A stretch of DNA of 64,000 nucleotides, taken from NCBI GenBank assembly GCA_963713105.1, contig CAVQKJ010000004.1, forward strand, positions 202,400 to 266,399. The letters run 5' to 3'. Under the pieces are notes generated by a model. It was not told where the DNA came from. It worked only from the letters and a program-made list of their open reading frames with translations, and ran no database searches. This DNA comes from an uncultured Chlamydiae bacterium. GTDB lineage: Bacteria > Chlamydiota > Chlamydiia > Chlamydiales > SM23-39. The number at the start of each line of letters is the position of its first letter. The first letter of the stretch is position 1. Shown one piece after another: positions 17,795 to 27,749 of this stretch. Position numbers and translations under genes: made by a program.

Positions 17795-18526
17795 ATGGCA
17801 AGCGATTTTAAAGTCAGCTCACAAAATCTTAGCTATACCCACCACGAAAATACTCAAACCCTACATCAGAGAAGAAGCAGCGCATCTGATTTAGAGTGTA
17901 AATCTAGGGTTGCAAGGTCATTGAGTGCAGCTTCCAAATCTCACGAAAGGTCCCAGTCCGCCGCCTTCGCGTTAATCAAACTTCCAAGAAGTAATTCCGA
18001 TAGCAGAATCGCTGCGGATCCGTCTGAGTTTCGCGAAAAGATAAGGGCTAATGATTTAATTTTTCAAAGGCTCCAAAGAAATCTTTCCATGAATCGTTCA
18101 AGCAGCCGAGCAAAATTGGAATTGGTTGAATCGCACTCCGAGGAATCGTCCCATTCTTCCGCCACGGCTTCGGGTCCAGTCGGCAAATCAGAGGCTCACC
18201 TCTCTGATACAGATTCCCCTCTCTCGGTAGCTTCCGATCTAGAAACGATGCTAACGTTGCAGAGCCCATCCTCATCTTCTGCTGCAACAAGTTCAACATC
18301 TTCTCCTGAAACATTCGATAGAGATATGATACCAAGCCCTAAACCGACCCTTGATGGTCTCCTATCTGTCGATTCGCAAAGTCAATCCTTTGGGAACCAC
18401 TTAGACAGATTAAATGATTTTATTTCAAACAACTCAGCTAAGTATAGAACGGAAGAAGCCACTTCCCCAATTTTGGGAAAGCCGAACGGGAAGATTCGTA
18501 AAACTATTTCAAAGAGCGAGGTTTAA
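17795..18526 (+). CDS. Ser-rich hypothetical protein
   Basis: ATG 17795 with AAGGAT upstream (track ORF starts earlier at 17678). Low-complexity Ser-rich sequence without hydrophobic segments. Confidence 0.45.
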   Translation: MASDFKVSSQNLSYTHHENTQTLHQRRSSASDLECKSRVARSLSAASKSHERSQSAAFALIKLPRSNSDSRIAADPSEFREKIRANDLIFQRLQRNLSMNRSSSRAKLELVESHSEESSHSSATASGPVGKSEAHLSDTDSPLSVASDLETMLTLQSPSSSSAATSSTSSPETFDRDMIPSPKPTLDGLLSVDSQSQSFGNHLDRLNDFISNNSAKYRTEEATSPILGKPNGKIRKTISKSEV

Positions 18527-18530
18527 AAAG

Positions 18531-19472
18531 CTACCAGTAATCGAAATCTTGCTCGTTTTCCTGTTCTTGCATCCGCTGATCTTCGGAGTCCCATTTCTGT
18601 CCGCCGGGATATTTTTCTTTTTCATCGGATTCGGATTCAGAAGAAGGGGCAGGATCTGAAGATGTTGGAACGCTGCCTGTAGAAGGTTGAGGCTCTCTCG
18701 GCTTTGTGCACATCGATAGGTTTTGAGATGTGGTTGATGAGGGGGGCTGCTGTCCAGGAAGCTGATTTGGAGGGGGCGTTGCCGGCTTAGAGGGTCTGCC
18801 TGGCAATTGATTTTTCGGCACGTATCCTTGATCGGAGGGTTTGGTCGCCGCTGGTTTTTGAGCCGGTTGAGTGTTCGGTTGAGTGTTTTTGGGCTGTTGA
18901 GTTGGCTTAGGCGAAGAAGGAGTTTGCGAAGGAGTGGGTTGCGCGGGTGAGGCGGGTTGTATCGGCGCGGCAGGTTTTCCTGGAGAGGAAGGAGTTGCTG
19001 GAGTCGATGGCGTCGCAGGACTTCCGGGCGGTGTTTGGAGCGCTTTTTCCAGCTGTAGGTTTTCTGGGGATTCTTCGAGTTGTGGAGTTTCTAGAGTAGG
19101 TTTGAGGCCGATTTTTGCCCGGATCCCCTCTTCTTTAACTAGATAGTTATAATAGACATAGCCGACGTCGACCAAAACACCGTTCTTAAAAGTGAGCGGA
19201 GTCAAGTTTTGAGGAACCAGCCGGGTTTGCCCTAAAGCGGTCATTCTTGTGATATAAAACCAAACATCGTAAATATCTTCATCGAATTGAAAGGTTTCAT
19301 AGTCGAAGGGCTTATGCATGATCTGTAGGACGCGAGTTTGGCTCATCCCTTTCGAAATCCGCCAGAGGTTGGATATATTGTTTTCAGAGGCGGACATGGT
19401 GTCCAATGCCATATTCCCAATACATCCCCCAAGACACAAAGTCGAGACCAAAAATAGATAGCGCAGCCGCAT
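18531..19472 (-). CDS. Lipoprotein with BamE/SmpA-OmlA-like domain and long Pro-rich tail
   Basis: Lipobox-like LCLGGC. GMSQTRVLQIMHKPFDYE..DVWFY resembles the BamE fold motif. The C-terminal ~170 aa are P/T/S/Q-rich. Confidence 0.45.
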   Translation of the reverse strand: MRLRYLFLVSTLCLGGCIGNMALDTMSASENNISNLWRISKGMSQTRVLQIMHKPFDYETFQFDEDIYDVWFYITRMTALGQTRLVPQNLTPLTFKNGVLVDVGYVYYNYLVKEEGIRAKIGLKPTLETPQLEESPENLQLEKALQTPPGSPATPSTPATPSSPGKPAAPIQPASPAQPTPSQTPSSPKPTQQPKNTQPNTQPAQKPAATKPSDQGYVPKNQLPGRPSKPATPPPNQLPGQQPPSSTTSQNLSMCTKPREPQPSTGSVPTSSDPAPSSESESDEKEKYPGGQKWDSEDQRMQEQENEQDFDYW

Positions 19473-19517
19473 AGAGCCCCTCTTCTATTTGGGAAATACT
19501 TCAATCAGGGGTGGTTG

Positions 19518-20684
19518 TCAAGAATTACGCTTGGGATTTTCTTCTTCGTCATCCTCATCGCGAAGCCAGAAGCTTTTCCGCTTCTTTTTCTTGCGAGAAA
19601 GGGAATCAGGCTGGTTTTGAGGAGTGAAAGGAGCGCCTGGGATCGTAGTCCGATCGAATACTGGACTTTCGGGCTGGGCGGCAGAGTCGCCCTGCGCGGG
19701 AAGACTATTTAAAACGTTTCCAGGGGTTGTTTTAGAATAAGAATTGAACGTACTTTCTCTAGTTTCTTTGTCCATACTATCCAAGGAGTCCTTTTGGGAA
19801 AGAAAGGATTCATCGCTTCTCGTTTTCCCTGGCTGGATCAGTGGATTTTTGGTTTCTTGGACAACGGAAGAATCGGCGAAAGAACGACCCGAGTTTTTTT
19901 TTGTCTGAGGGAATGGGATCAGTTTCTTAAGAAGAGCTTCCCGTTCAGAGGGAGGTATTTTAAAACGGAAGAGAGGAGGTAGGCCATCGCCTGCCGAATG
20001 CATACCGTCTTGAGACACCGCTTCTATAAGCTGATCTATAAATGGCTTCAACCGTTTAAGAGCATCGCGCAAAGGCCCTGCTTTCGGATCGATCAGGTAA
20101 GCGGAAGTGGATAAAGTCAAAATCGCTTGGCGCACTTGATCAATCACCTGCTGCGCTTGAGAGGCCACCTGAGGCCTAATAGTTTGGGGCATCTGCGAAG
20201 GGGTGGATCGACTTTTTGGATCGAAATTGGAACTGGGTTGGCCCGTTTTTGTCTCCGCGCCGCTAGAGGGACCGCGGGTCGCCTGAGTTGAAAGAGCGCT
20301 CCCCTTACCTTTCCCATCTCCATTAAGCGTGCCATTTTTAGGGTCAGTCTTAGAGCTATCCCCTTCTCGTCGATTCGCCGTTTTAGCATCGATTCCAGGT
20401 TTAGCTAAGGGAGAATCCTTTTTTTCCGTTTCAGACTCAGTCTCAGGGAGCTTCCCAATCCATTCGTCGACTTCTTTTTTCGCTTCAGCAAGACTCGTTA
20501 AAAGGCGGGCGGCATGGTGGAAACGGGGGAGCTCGCCGGATGGAGGCACGAAAAAATGCCTCGACAGGGTAAAAGCCATAGCTTGAGGAGTAGTGGGCTC
20601 CCTCGATGCAAAAGGGCCTACGACCTGCGCTAATTTAAGCAGAAGTTCTTGAGCCCTAGCCCATTCAACTGAATTTAATTTCAT
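19518..20684 (-). CDS. Hypothetical protein
   Basis: 388-aa ORF, hydrophilic, no recognised motif. Confidence 0.45.
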   Translation of the reverse strand: MKLNSVEWARAQELLLKLAQVVGPFASREPTTPQAMAFTLSRHFFVPPSGELPRFHHAARLLTSLAEAKKEVDEWIGKLPETESETEKKDSPLAKPGIDAKTANRREGDSSKTDPKNGTLNGDGKGKGSALSTQATRGPSSGAETKTGQPSSNFDPKSRSTPSQMPQTIRPQVASQAQQVIDQVRQAILTLSTSAYLIDPKAGPLRDALKRLKPFIDQLIEAVSQDGMHSAGDGLPPLFRFKIPPSEREALLKKLIPFPQTKKNSGRSFADSSVVQETKNPLIQPGKTRSDESFLSQKDSLDSMDKETRESTFNSYSKTTPGNVLNSLPAQGDSAAQPESPVFDRTTIPGAPFTPQNQPDSLSRKKKKRKSFWLRDEDDEEENPKRNS

Positions 20685-20784
20685 ATATCAATTTTTTCTT
20701 TAAGTAGCTTATATTATAAGAGATTCTGGAATTAGTTTCAACTTGACAGATTATATACTAAAAATTTAAGTAACTTAAAGCCTT

Positions 20785-21579
20785 ATGGCCTATGAACTAA
20801 TCGTTTTCTTATTTTTTCTATGCGGCCTGGCGAGCGGGCTGATAGGGGGGCTTCTAGGCATCGGAGGGGGGATTATCACGGTTCCTGTGCTGTTCTTTCT
20901 TTTCCGCTATACAGCCCTCCTTCCCGATCAATTGATGCAAGTGGCCATCAGCACTTCTTTAGCGACCACTTTCGTGACAGCAGCAGTATCCACGCTCCTC
21001 CAAATGAGAAAAAAGGCAGTCCATTTTTCAGTGATCAAATTCCTGATTCCAGGACTTTTTGTCGGATGCGTGGCCGGTTCGCTGATCGTCCATCTGCTGC
21101 CCAGCTTCTATCTCAGAGAATTCTTTGGAGGGATGGCTGTCCTTTTAGGGATATACTACTTTTTCCCCCGCCTTCCCCTTCCTCAATTTGGCTCCTCCCC
21201 CAACAAGACCCTGTCTTTTTTCGGGATCATGATCGGCGCTTTTTCGAGTCTGCTGGGAATCGGAGGGGGCACATTCACAGTTCCCATTCTGATCGGCTAC
21301 AACGTTCCGATGAGAAACGCCGTCGCCACTTCATCAGGAACCACCCTGGCCACCGCATTCATCGGGTCGATCACCTACCTAATCATCGCTTGGCATAAGC
21401 CTGAATTACCTGCAACATTCGGATACATTGAAATCCCCGCATTTCTCGCCATCAGCACCGGCTCTATCCTTTCGACTCCCCTCGGTGTGAAACTCTCACA
21501 CACTCTCCACAGCAAGTGGATCAAAAGAATTTTTGCCACATGCTTGATCCTGACCGGATTTTTTATGATCCTGCTTTGA
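20785..21579 (+). CDS. TauE/SafE (DUF81) family anion exporter
   Basis: 264 aa, ~8 TM, duplicated G-rich helix motif LIGGLLGIGGGIITVPVL / LLGIGGGTFTVPIL. Confidence 0.85.
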   Translation: MAYELIVFLFFLCGLASGLIGGLLGIGGGIITVPVLFFLFRYTALLPDQLMQVAISTSLATTFVTAAVSTLLQMRKKAVHFSVIKFLIPGLFVGCVAGSLIVHLLPSFYLREFFGGMAVLLGIYYFFPRLPLPQFGSSPNKTLSFFGIMIGAFSSLLGIGGGTFTVPILIGYNVPMRNAVATSSGTTLATAFIGSITYLIIAWHKPELPATFGYIEIPAFLAISTGSILSTPLGVKLSHTLHSKWIKRIFATCLILTGFFMILL

Positions 21580-21590
21580 TTTTTTCTTCA

Positions 21591-21665
21591 GGGGCTATAG
21601 ATACCATTGTCGATATTGCCCCCCAAAAGTTTGAATCGAAAATCGACTGAAATTTAATTCAGAGA
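21591..21665. repeat. Copy A of a second intergenic repeat family
   Basis: GGGGCTATAGATACCATTGTCGATATTGCCCCCCAAAAGTTTGAATCGAAAATCGACTGAAATTTAATTCAGAGA recurs in direct orientation at 25974..26068. Confidence 0.85.
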
Positions 21666-21740
21666 CTGAGACCGTTGCATAAGTGCTTTGCTGAAGATTT
21701 TCGATGGTTTTTCTGCGAATGACTTATGCAATGGTCTCAG
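21666..21740. other. Long hairpin (19-bp arms, 18/19 complementary) between convergent genes
   Basis: CTGAGACCGTTGCATAAGT (21666..21684) pairs with ACTTATGCAATGGTCTCAG (21722..21740). No flanking T-run. Confidence 0.7.
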
Positions 21741-21748
21741 ACTGTCTC

Positions 21749-24421
21749 TTAAAAATCCTTCTGCAGGCGGATTAAGCCTTCGTGCGAAAAATATTTGCTG
21801 CCCATTTCGCCATTGTAAGAGAGGCTTAGGGTAACCGGGGTTCTATTTCCGAATCTCATTAAAAATTCAATGCCTGCAGATCCCAGATTTTGAACATCTC
21901 TGAAAGATTCGACCGAGAAGAAGCTGCTCGATCCGACGATCGAGGCGCTGACTTGGCCAGTCCCGAATGTCTTTCTATTGACGTAGCTCAGCTTTTCCAT
22001 CACCATCCAAGCCCAGCAGCCGCATTCTCTCGATTGATAGAGCCGAATCCCCCCTTCGCTGCGCAAAAATTCAGAGGTTTGCGCTTTTTGGCGCACACTG
22101 AAAATTCCGGCTCCATTCTCGCTGAACGATCGCTGCCAGGCAATCGCGCAATCGAATTGGGCGAAAGGCTCGAGCTCCCATCCGCAGAATTTATGATGAT
22201 ACCCCAACCCTAAATGGGGAACGACCTGCCAGCAGTGGAAGGAAGATCTGGCTGTGGCGTCGAATCCGGGAAAGGATATATGGCGATAATTGCGGACTTG
22301 GTTGTAGACGCCCCAAAAGGCCAATTCTAGATAAGACCCTTCGTCCGTATAACAGGTATCGTAAACGTTGGCAAAATAGGTATTGATCTTTGCATGGCCG
22401 CTATCATTATCTTGGATCAAGCGGCTGTGTGCATATCCGCCAGAGACTCCGGCAATATTGTTCTGAATCCTGAAAGAATCAAGACCGGCAATCACACCTT
22501 CGGAAATCAGGTTGAAAGCGGGATTGTCGTCCTGCGATTTTTGATGGGCGAACTCTCCGAGTCCTCCCATCCAAAAGGTGGCGGTATTGCAACGCTCGCT
22601 CTTCATGTATCGGTCGGAGACTGAGGCGGTCAGAGCCGTTCCTTCTTGCGCATTCTTAAAGAGCGAGGCGACAGAAGGTGTCGCTGAACCGTGCGTCCGG
22701 TTGAACCGTTGGTCGATGAGGTGGCCAGATACCATTTCGCTCAATGCAAACACCGTATTCTCGATTGCAAAAGTAGTCAGCGCGTTTCGAGAGGGAGAGG
22801 CGCTGTTGATCCCATTTTTTAGCGCCGATCCCGAAAGTTGGATCAATGCTTGAAGAGAGGCCGTATAAGGAGCGGTGCGGTTCAAGTATTTAGCATAAGC
22901 CAAAGTCGACCCGGTAAGACCCATTGTGGAGATCCCTATATATTCGTAATGGAGGATGACGGAGCCGGACTGAAGAGAGAAACGGAATCCGGGCGATCCA
23001 GTCACGACTGGATTATAAGCCCCCGTTATCGACCCTGCAGTCAGAATAGTGAAGCTGCCGGATTTAGGATAATGCCCCGAATTCGCGACAACCTGGACCT
23101 GACCTGCGAGCATTGCGGTCCCCGAAATTGAGAGTTGCGAGGCGGATGAAGGAGTGATCGGAATCAGGGTGGTGGAGTTGCTATCGAGGGTGAGGGAAGT
23201 GGCGGTCAGCGTCCCGATTCCACTCGAAGCAGTCGATGTTCCTGGAGCGACGATCCCGCCGACCGATGTGATCGCTTGGACGACTCCGGTGCCTCCGAAA
23301 GTTCCCGTTGTCGTTGAGAAACCCCCTGGGCCTCTCACGGTTGTATCGCTTGTGATGGATCCGGTGACATTCAAACGGCCCCCCATTACATTCGTGGCCC
23401 CTGTGTAGGTATTGGCCGCGCTCAAAGTCAAAATACCCGGCGCCTCCACAGTCAGAGAAAGGCCGGGAAAAGTCTCAGTGACTGGCGAAGTTAAAGTTAG
23501 AGCAGCCCCCGTTCCAATAGCGAAAATCCCGCCACCGAGCATCAGGGAAAAAGGATTAGAGAGTGAAAAAGGAACGCTCCCGATTGTGCTAAAAGTCCCG
23601 CCGCTCATTGCAACCGAACCGCTGCCGAGATTGACGGCCGAAGAGACAGTTATCGTTCCGCCATTTTCAAAAGCTCCTGTAAAACCCGAATTATCTCCCA
23701 ATAAAGTCATTGTGGAGACATTTTGTAAAACCCCCATATTGCCCGACGTCAAAGATCCGCTGAAGGAAAAAGAATTGGATCCGCTTACAAAAATCGTAGA
23801 TTGTTCCAGGTTGATTCGCCCCGATCCGCTGAAGCTCGTTAAATTGCTTTGGTTGTCGCTATTGAAGGTTAAGATTCCACCCGATGCTACTGAAATATCG
23901 GAACTGGCATCCACAAAAGCGCCGTTCGTAAAGGCGAATTCCCCTGATGAGATCGTCAAAGGGGTGTTCCCATTGTCAATTTCCAGATCAGTCGTGCTGA
24001 GCGTAAACACAGTTCCCGATGTATTTGTAAAGACCACGGGAGAATTAAAGAAAAATTGGGACGCGGCATTGTCAAATGTCAGCGCAGCGCTTCCGGATAT
24101 CTCGATCGTCGCATTTTCTGTTAGCAGGGTAGACAAGGTGCAACTATTTGCTGAAACACCGATCGTGTACGTCCCATCGGTCGCGATCAAATGGCCGATG
24201 GTAATCGACTGCCCCAGATCCACATCGCCCTGCGCATTCCCAGTGAAACGGGCCTTCGCATCTGCAGCATTTGGAAATGTAGTCGGAGGGGCATTATAAC
24301 TCCAAGACCCATCCATATTCCATGGACTAGGGCCAATCCATGTGGCATCCGTAGCCGCCTGTACAGAGAGGGCCGCACCCACTGCGATCGGGCCCAAAAA
24401 AAAGAAATTTCGATTGATCAT
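21749..24421 (-). CDS. Pmp-like autotransporter (intact)
   Basis: 890 aa. Signal peptide ..GAALSVQAATDA, repetitive G/S/T-rich passenger, C-terminal barrel ending LSYNGEMGSKYFSHEGLIRLQKDF. Confidence 0.85.
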   Translation of the reverse strand: MINRNFFFLGPIAVGAALSVQAATDATWIGPSPWNMDGSWSYNAPPTTFPNAADAKARFTGNAQGDVDLGQSITIGHLIATDGTYTIGVSANSCTLSTLLTENATIEISGSAALTFDNAASQFFFNSPVVFTNTSGTVFTLSTTDLEIDNGNTPLTISSGEFAFTNGAFVDASSDISVASGGILTFNSDNQSNLTSFSGSGRINLEQSTIFVSGSNSFSFSGSLTSGNMGVLQNVSTMTLLGDNSGFTGAFENGGTITVSSAVNLGSGSVAMSGGTFSTIGSVPFSLSNPFSLMLGGGIFAIGTGAALTLTSPVTETFPGLSLTVEAPGILTLSAANTYTGATNVMGGRLNVTGSITSDTTVRGPGGFSTTTGTFGGTGVVQAITSVGGIVAPGTSTASSGIGTLTATSLTLDSNSTTLIPITPSSASQLSISGTAMLAGQVQVVANSGHYPKSGSFTILTAGSITGAYNPVVTGSPGFRFSLQSGSVILHYEYIGISTMGLTGSTLAYAKYLNRTAPYTASLQALIQLSGSALKNGINSASPSRNALTTFAIENTVFALSEMVSGHLIDQRFNRTHGSATPSVASLFKNAQEGTALTASVSDRYMKSERCNTATFWMGGLGEFAHQKSQDDNPAFNLISEGVIAGLDSFRIQNNIAGVSGGYAHSRLIQDNDSGHAKINTYFANVYDTCYTDEGSYLELAFWGVYNQVRNYRHISFPGFDATARSSFHCWQVVPHLGLGYHHKFCGWELEPFAQFDCAIAWQRSFSENGAGIFSVRQKAQTSEFLRSEGGIRLYQSRECGCWAWMVMEKLSYVNRKTFGTGQVSASIVGSSSFFSVESFRDVQNLGSAGIEFLMRFGNRTPVTLSLSYNGEMGSKYFSHEGLIRLQKDF

Positions 24422-24525
24422 CGCTGCATTTTCCTAAGTACAAGAATCAACCGGATCGTAGCAAAAAATCGGAATTTAAAAAAACATTATATCGGCTTTC
24501 GATGAAGCGCTCTCTAGCGACCGTC

Positions 24526-25494
24526 TCAACCAAAAATCCTAAGAACCTTCTTCCACATCTTCTTCAACGGCTTGTTCAGTGCCTTGATATAGGCTTTGTT
24601 ATTTTGGTAATCGATGCAGATAATATGGTCCTTAAAAAAATCGACTCCTAAAATTGCGTCGAACATACTTCCCATTGGATCTGGGAATTCGTAGAGAAAA
24701 AAATCCCACTCACCAAAATCGTAGCCGTTTATTTTCAATATATGACTCGTAGTGTGCCAAATATGTTCTTCGATTCTACTCGCATATTTTTTATCTACAT
24801 GGGATTCTTTTAGAATAGAATGTGACGCGCCAGAATCTAAAAGCATCCTTTTGAGTCCAAAATCCGTTTCTATATTCAAAATAATAAAACCATTGGAATT
24901 TGTTTCAAAAGGAACTTCTGTATATTCTTCTAATGAACAGTTTTTATCGAAAGAATCCAATTTTTTGGATAAATATATAACAGAGCGATCAAAATCAAAC
25001 AAACAAACAAACTTTTGAAATATGGTATTTCCAATACTTCCATCAATATATTCAATTTGTTTTCTCTCCCGATCAGTGATATCTAAATGAAACAACCTAC
25101 ATCCTTTCAGCAGAAATTCTTGGCTCTTTTCTTGGATAGGGACATCTTCTCCACATATTTTCCCAATTTTAATAAATGGCACTTGATAATCATTATCTGA
25201 GTAGGCATTTCCTTTGACATCAAAACCCCTAACTTGTCCTAGGAATGTTTTATTTTGGATCTTATCGAGACATCTTTTTTGTAACATAAAAGGATGTCCA
25301 GCTCCAAGATCTACCAGGAGTGAGTATTTCTCATTTTCAATTTCAACCTGAGCGATAGCCCTTTCAGAAAATGAAAAATAAGTAAGAGGGATGCTGTAGC
25401 ATCCCTCTTCTTCTAAATTTTTTTGGTCGTAATAATGGGAACAAGAAATTCCACTTAACAAAAGAACAATCGGGAAAATACATTTCCAAAGCAT
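24526..25494 (-). CDS. Two-lobed retropepsin-like aspartic protease candidate, signal/lipoprotein-like N-terminus
   Basis: 322 aa. N-terminus MLWKCIFPIVLLLSGISC. Lobe 1 YSLLVDLGAGHPFML (D-L-G variant). Lobe 2 RMLLDSGASHSIL (canonical DSGA). Visibly more AT-rich than its neighbours. Confidence 0.5.
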   Translation of the reverse strand: MLWKCIFPIVLLLSGISCSHYYDQKNLEEEGCYSIPLTYFSFSERAIAQVEIENEKYSLLVDLGAGHPFMLQKRCLDKIQNKTFLGQVRGFDVKGNAYSDNDYQVPFIKIGKICGEDVPIQEKSQEFLLKGCRLFHLDITDRERKQIEYIDGSIGNTIFQKFVCLFDFDRSVIYLSKKLDSFDKNCSLEEYTEVPFETNSNGFIILNIETDFGLKRMLLDSGASHSILKESHVDKKYASRIEEHIWHTTSHILKINGYDFGEWDFFLYEFPDPMGSMFDAILGVDFFKDHIICIDYQNNKAYIKALNKPLKKMWKKVLRIFG

Positions 25495-25497
25495 GAG

Positions 25498-25884
25498 TTA
25501 TCCCATGCCATTGATATCTTTATCAAAATCTCGATCTCTGGAATCTGGAGAGTGATCCCGATTTGTATCTGAACATCTATTATCTATTTCTTTGGATCCA
25601 TCATCTTTGAGTTCTTCGCCCTGCATTGTTATTTTGACACCTATCTTTTCTCCTGATTTGGTCTCATAATATCCTTCGATATCGAATCTAGAACATCTGG
25701 TCATCGCCAGAAAAGCTTCTGGACGAAGCCATGCTGCTGAACATTTTTTCTCAAATGGGAGAAAGGGGATTTCTCGATCGTCTTTTGTTAGGGATACACT
25801 GCGTTTGCCGAGATTGCCGATTTTTTCATCATCGCTCATTGCGTCGATTGCATCGCAATCGAAGGATACGCTGCCGATTGTCAT
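25498..25884 (-). CDS. Hypothetical protein, operonic with the protease candidate
   Basis: 128-aa ORF ending 3 nt upstream of the protease start, with the same AT-rich composition. Confidence 0.45.
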   Translation of the reverse strand: MTIGSVSFDCDAIDAMSDDEKIGNLGKRSVSLTKDDREIPFLPFEKKCSAAWLRPEAFLAMTRCSRFDIEGYYETKSGEKIGVKITMQGEELKDDGSKEIDNRCSDTNRDHSPDSRDRDFDKDINGMG

Positions 25885-25973
25885 AAATAGCCTCCATTTG
25901 TTAAGAGATCTTCTCTGAATTAACGTTTCGTCGAGTTTTTGGATTATTTTGGCCGCTTTTCGACTTCAAATTT

Positions 25974-26068
25974 GGGGGGCTATATACACTGTCGATATTG
26001 CCCCCCAAAGGTTTGAATCGAAAATCGGCTCAAAAGAACCGAAAAATCGACTGAAATTTAATTCAGAG
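25974..26068. repeat. Copy B of the second intergenic repeat family
   Basis: GGGGGGCTATATACACTGTCGATATTGCCCCCCAAAGGTTTGAATCGAAAATCG..ACTGAAATTTAATTCAGAGA, with a 22-bp internal insertion relative to copy A. Confidence 0.85.
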
Positions 26069-26174
26069 AAGGTCTCTAAGGGCGGGCAAATGCATATCAA
26101 ACGGGAATTTTTCGCTGCAAATACAGAGATAATTTGAATAGAAATATACCCTCCTCTCCCCTAAGCTTTTTGCC

Positions 26175-26939
26175 ATGCGGCGGCTTTTTGTTTTTATTCC
26201 TGTATATTTGTGCGCTTTTCAGGGGCTTTATCTAGGGCCGGATATTTTTTATCGGGAATTTCGGGAAGAGATCGAAAATGGAGGGAAGAGCGAAGAGCGG
26301 GGCTGGCTGTTCGGGTTTCAAGGAGGATATGAGCTTGTGAAAAAGCGGATTCCTTATTTCGGGGCTGATTTAAGGTATGCGGAAGGGCGGACCGATTACG
26401 ACGGGACGATCCAAAAATGGGAGGATTTCATCCCCTTTCATTCATTCACAGACAACACGCTTTTCAATGTAGAAGGACGGATCGGCTATCCTTTTTTCGT
26501 CTCTAAGTGGCGATTCATCCCTTTTGCGGGCATGGGATACCAAAGATGGTTTCGGGAAGCGGTCGATCGAGAGAGCGGATACGATGAGATTTTTACCTGG
26601 GCCTATTTCGCTCAAGGCGTCAAGGTTTATTGGCAAGGAGGCCGCTTTTGGAATCTCGGATTGCATCTAAAACTCATGGAAATGAAGATGTCGCAAATCG
26701 AGATCCGGGATTATTACCCCTGGTCCGTTGTCCTCACTCTCGGGAACAAACCGCAAGCCGAAATAGAACTTCCCGTCTCCTACATCCGCAAACGTTATTT
26801 CCTGAATCTCACGCCCTATTATCGCTATTTGCCGATCGGCAAAAGCCAAGTCCAACAAAGTCCCCATGGATCTTTTTTCGAGCCCTCAAGCTCTACCCAA
26901 GTTTTGGGATTCCGACTTGAGGCCGGATTAAGATTTTAA
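26175..26939 (+). CDS. Outer-membrane beta-barrel-like protein
   Basis: 254 aa. Signal-like start, alternating aromatic strands, C-terminal ..GFRLEAGLRF (terminal Phe). Confidence 0.5.
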   Translation: MRRLFVFIPVYLCAFQGLYLGPDIFYREFREEIENGGKSEERGWLFGFQGGYELVKKRIPYFGADLRYAEGRTDYDGTIQKWEDFIPFHSFTDNTLFNVEGRIGYPFFVSKWRFIPFAGMGYQRWFREAVDRESGYDEIFTWAYFAQGVKVYWQGGRFWNLGLHLKLMEMKMSQIEIRDYYPWSVVLTLGNKPQAEIELPVSYIRKRYFLNLTPYYRYLPIGKSQVQQSPHGSFFEPSSSTQVLGFRLEAGLRF

Positions 26940-26947
26940 TCCCTTCT

Positions 26948-27685
26948 CTAATGCTTCTTTATGATGCATAAGCTCTTATAAAAATGAATGGAATGAATAT
27001 GTTTTTGAAATTCACTTAAATGCATCCAGATCTCTTTAGGAGTTTTTTTCCAATCCCCGCATGCTGTCAAACCCGAAGTATAATTGAGATCTTCCACCAA
27101 ATTTTTCAAAAATTCGACCGCAGTCCCCTCTCCGGCTTTTGGGTTTTCCGCAGTTCCCCCTCCCCCAAACTGTCTCCAATAAGAGGTATGAAGATCTTCG
27201 ACGATGTAGAGTCCGCCGCTGCGAAGGAAAGGGAATAGGGTTTGAAAACTGATGATCTGCTGATCCATATAATGCCCCCCATCGTCGATGATAATGTCAA
27301 AATTCCCTCCAACAGAGGCGGCGAATCGTTTTAAGGCCTTAGCATCGGCTTGATCCACAATATGGTAATGCGCCCTTTCCGGTTTGCTATGCTGAAGCAA
27401 TTCGAGCCTGTTATCGATTAGATGGAGTTCCGCATTGGTAAAATAGCGGTCCCAAAGCCATGCAGAACATCCGGTGCTGATCCCGATTTCTAAGAATTTG
27501 ATCGGCTGATCTCTAAAGGGGGCGAAATATTCCGCATAGATTTCTGTATAGTTGTGTGAATTCGATGATTTGTCCGTGCCCGATTCCAGCGCTATCCGAT
27601 CGAGGATTTGATATTCCAGCTGCAGCGAATCGTCTGCAAAACCCAACACAGCCAACAAACAAAAATAACCGATAAATTTTAACAT
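26948..27685 (-). CDS. Class I SAM-dependent methyltransferase with signal-like N-terminus
   Basis: GTDKSSNSHNYTEIYAEYF...FLEIGISTGCSAWLW ... IIIDDGGHYMDQQI pattern typical of sugar/natural-product O-methyltransferase-like class I enzymes. Confidence 0.65.
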   Translation of the reverse strand: MLKFIGYFCLLAVLGFADDSLQLEYQILDRIALESGTDKSSNSHNYTEIYAEYFAPFRDQPIKFLEIGISTGCSAWLWDRYFTNAELHLIDNRLELLQHSKPERAHYHIVDQADAKALKRFAASVGGNFDIIIDDGGHYMDQQIISFQTLFPFLRSGGLYIVEDLHTSYWRQFGGGGTAENPKAGEGTAVEFLKNLVEDLNYTSGLTACGDWKKTPKEIWMHLSEFQKHIHSIHFYKSLCIIKKH

Positions 27686-27749
27686 TCGATCCTCATCAAG
27701 GACGCAATGCTATGCTGCGCAAGTAAAATTTTTCAAGAGTGCAATACAT

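Noticed and set aside
23412-24299. 295-aa plus-strand ORF antisense to the intact pmp gene
   Set aside because: The opposite strand encodes a full autotransporter with a signal peptide and barrel. The antisense ORF is low-complexity (K/P/V-rich) with no start context.
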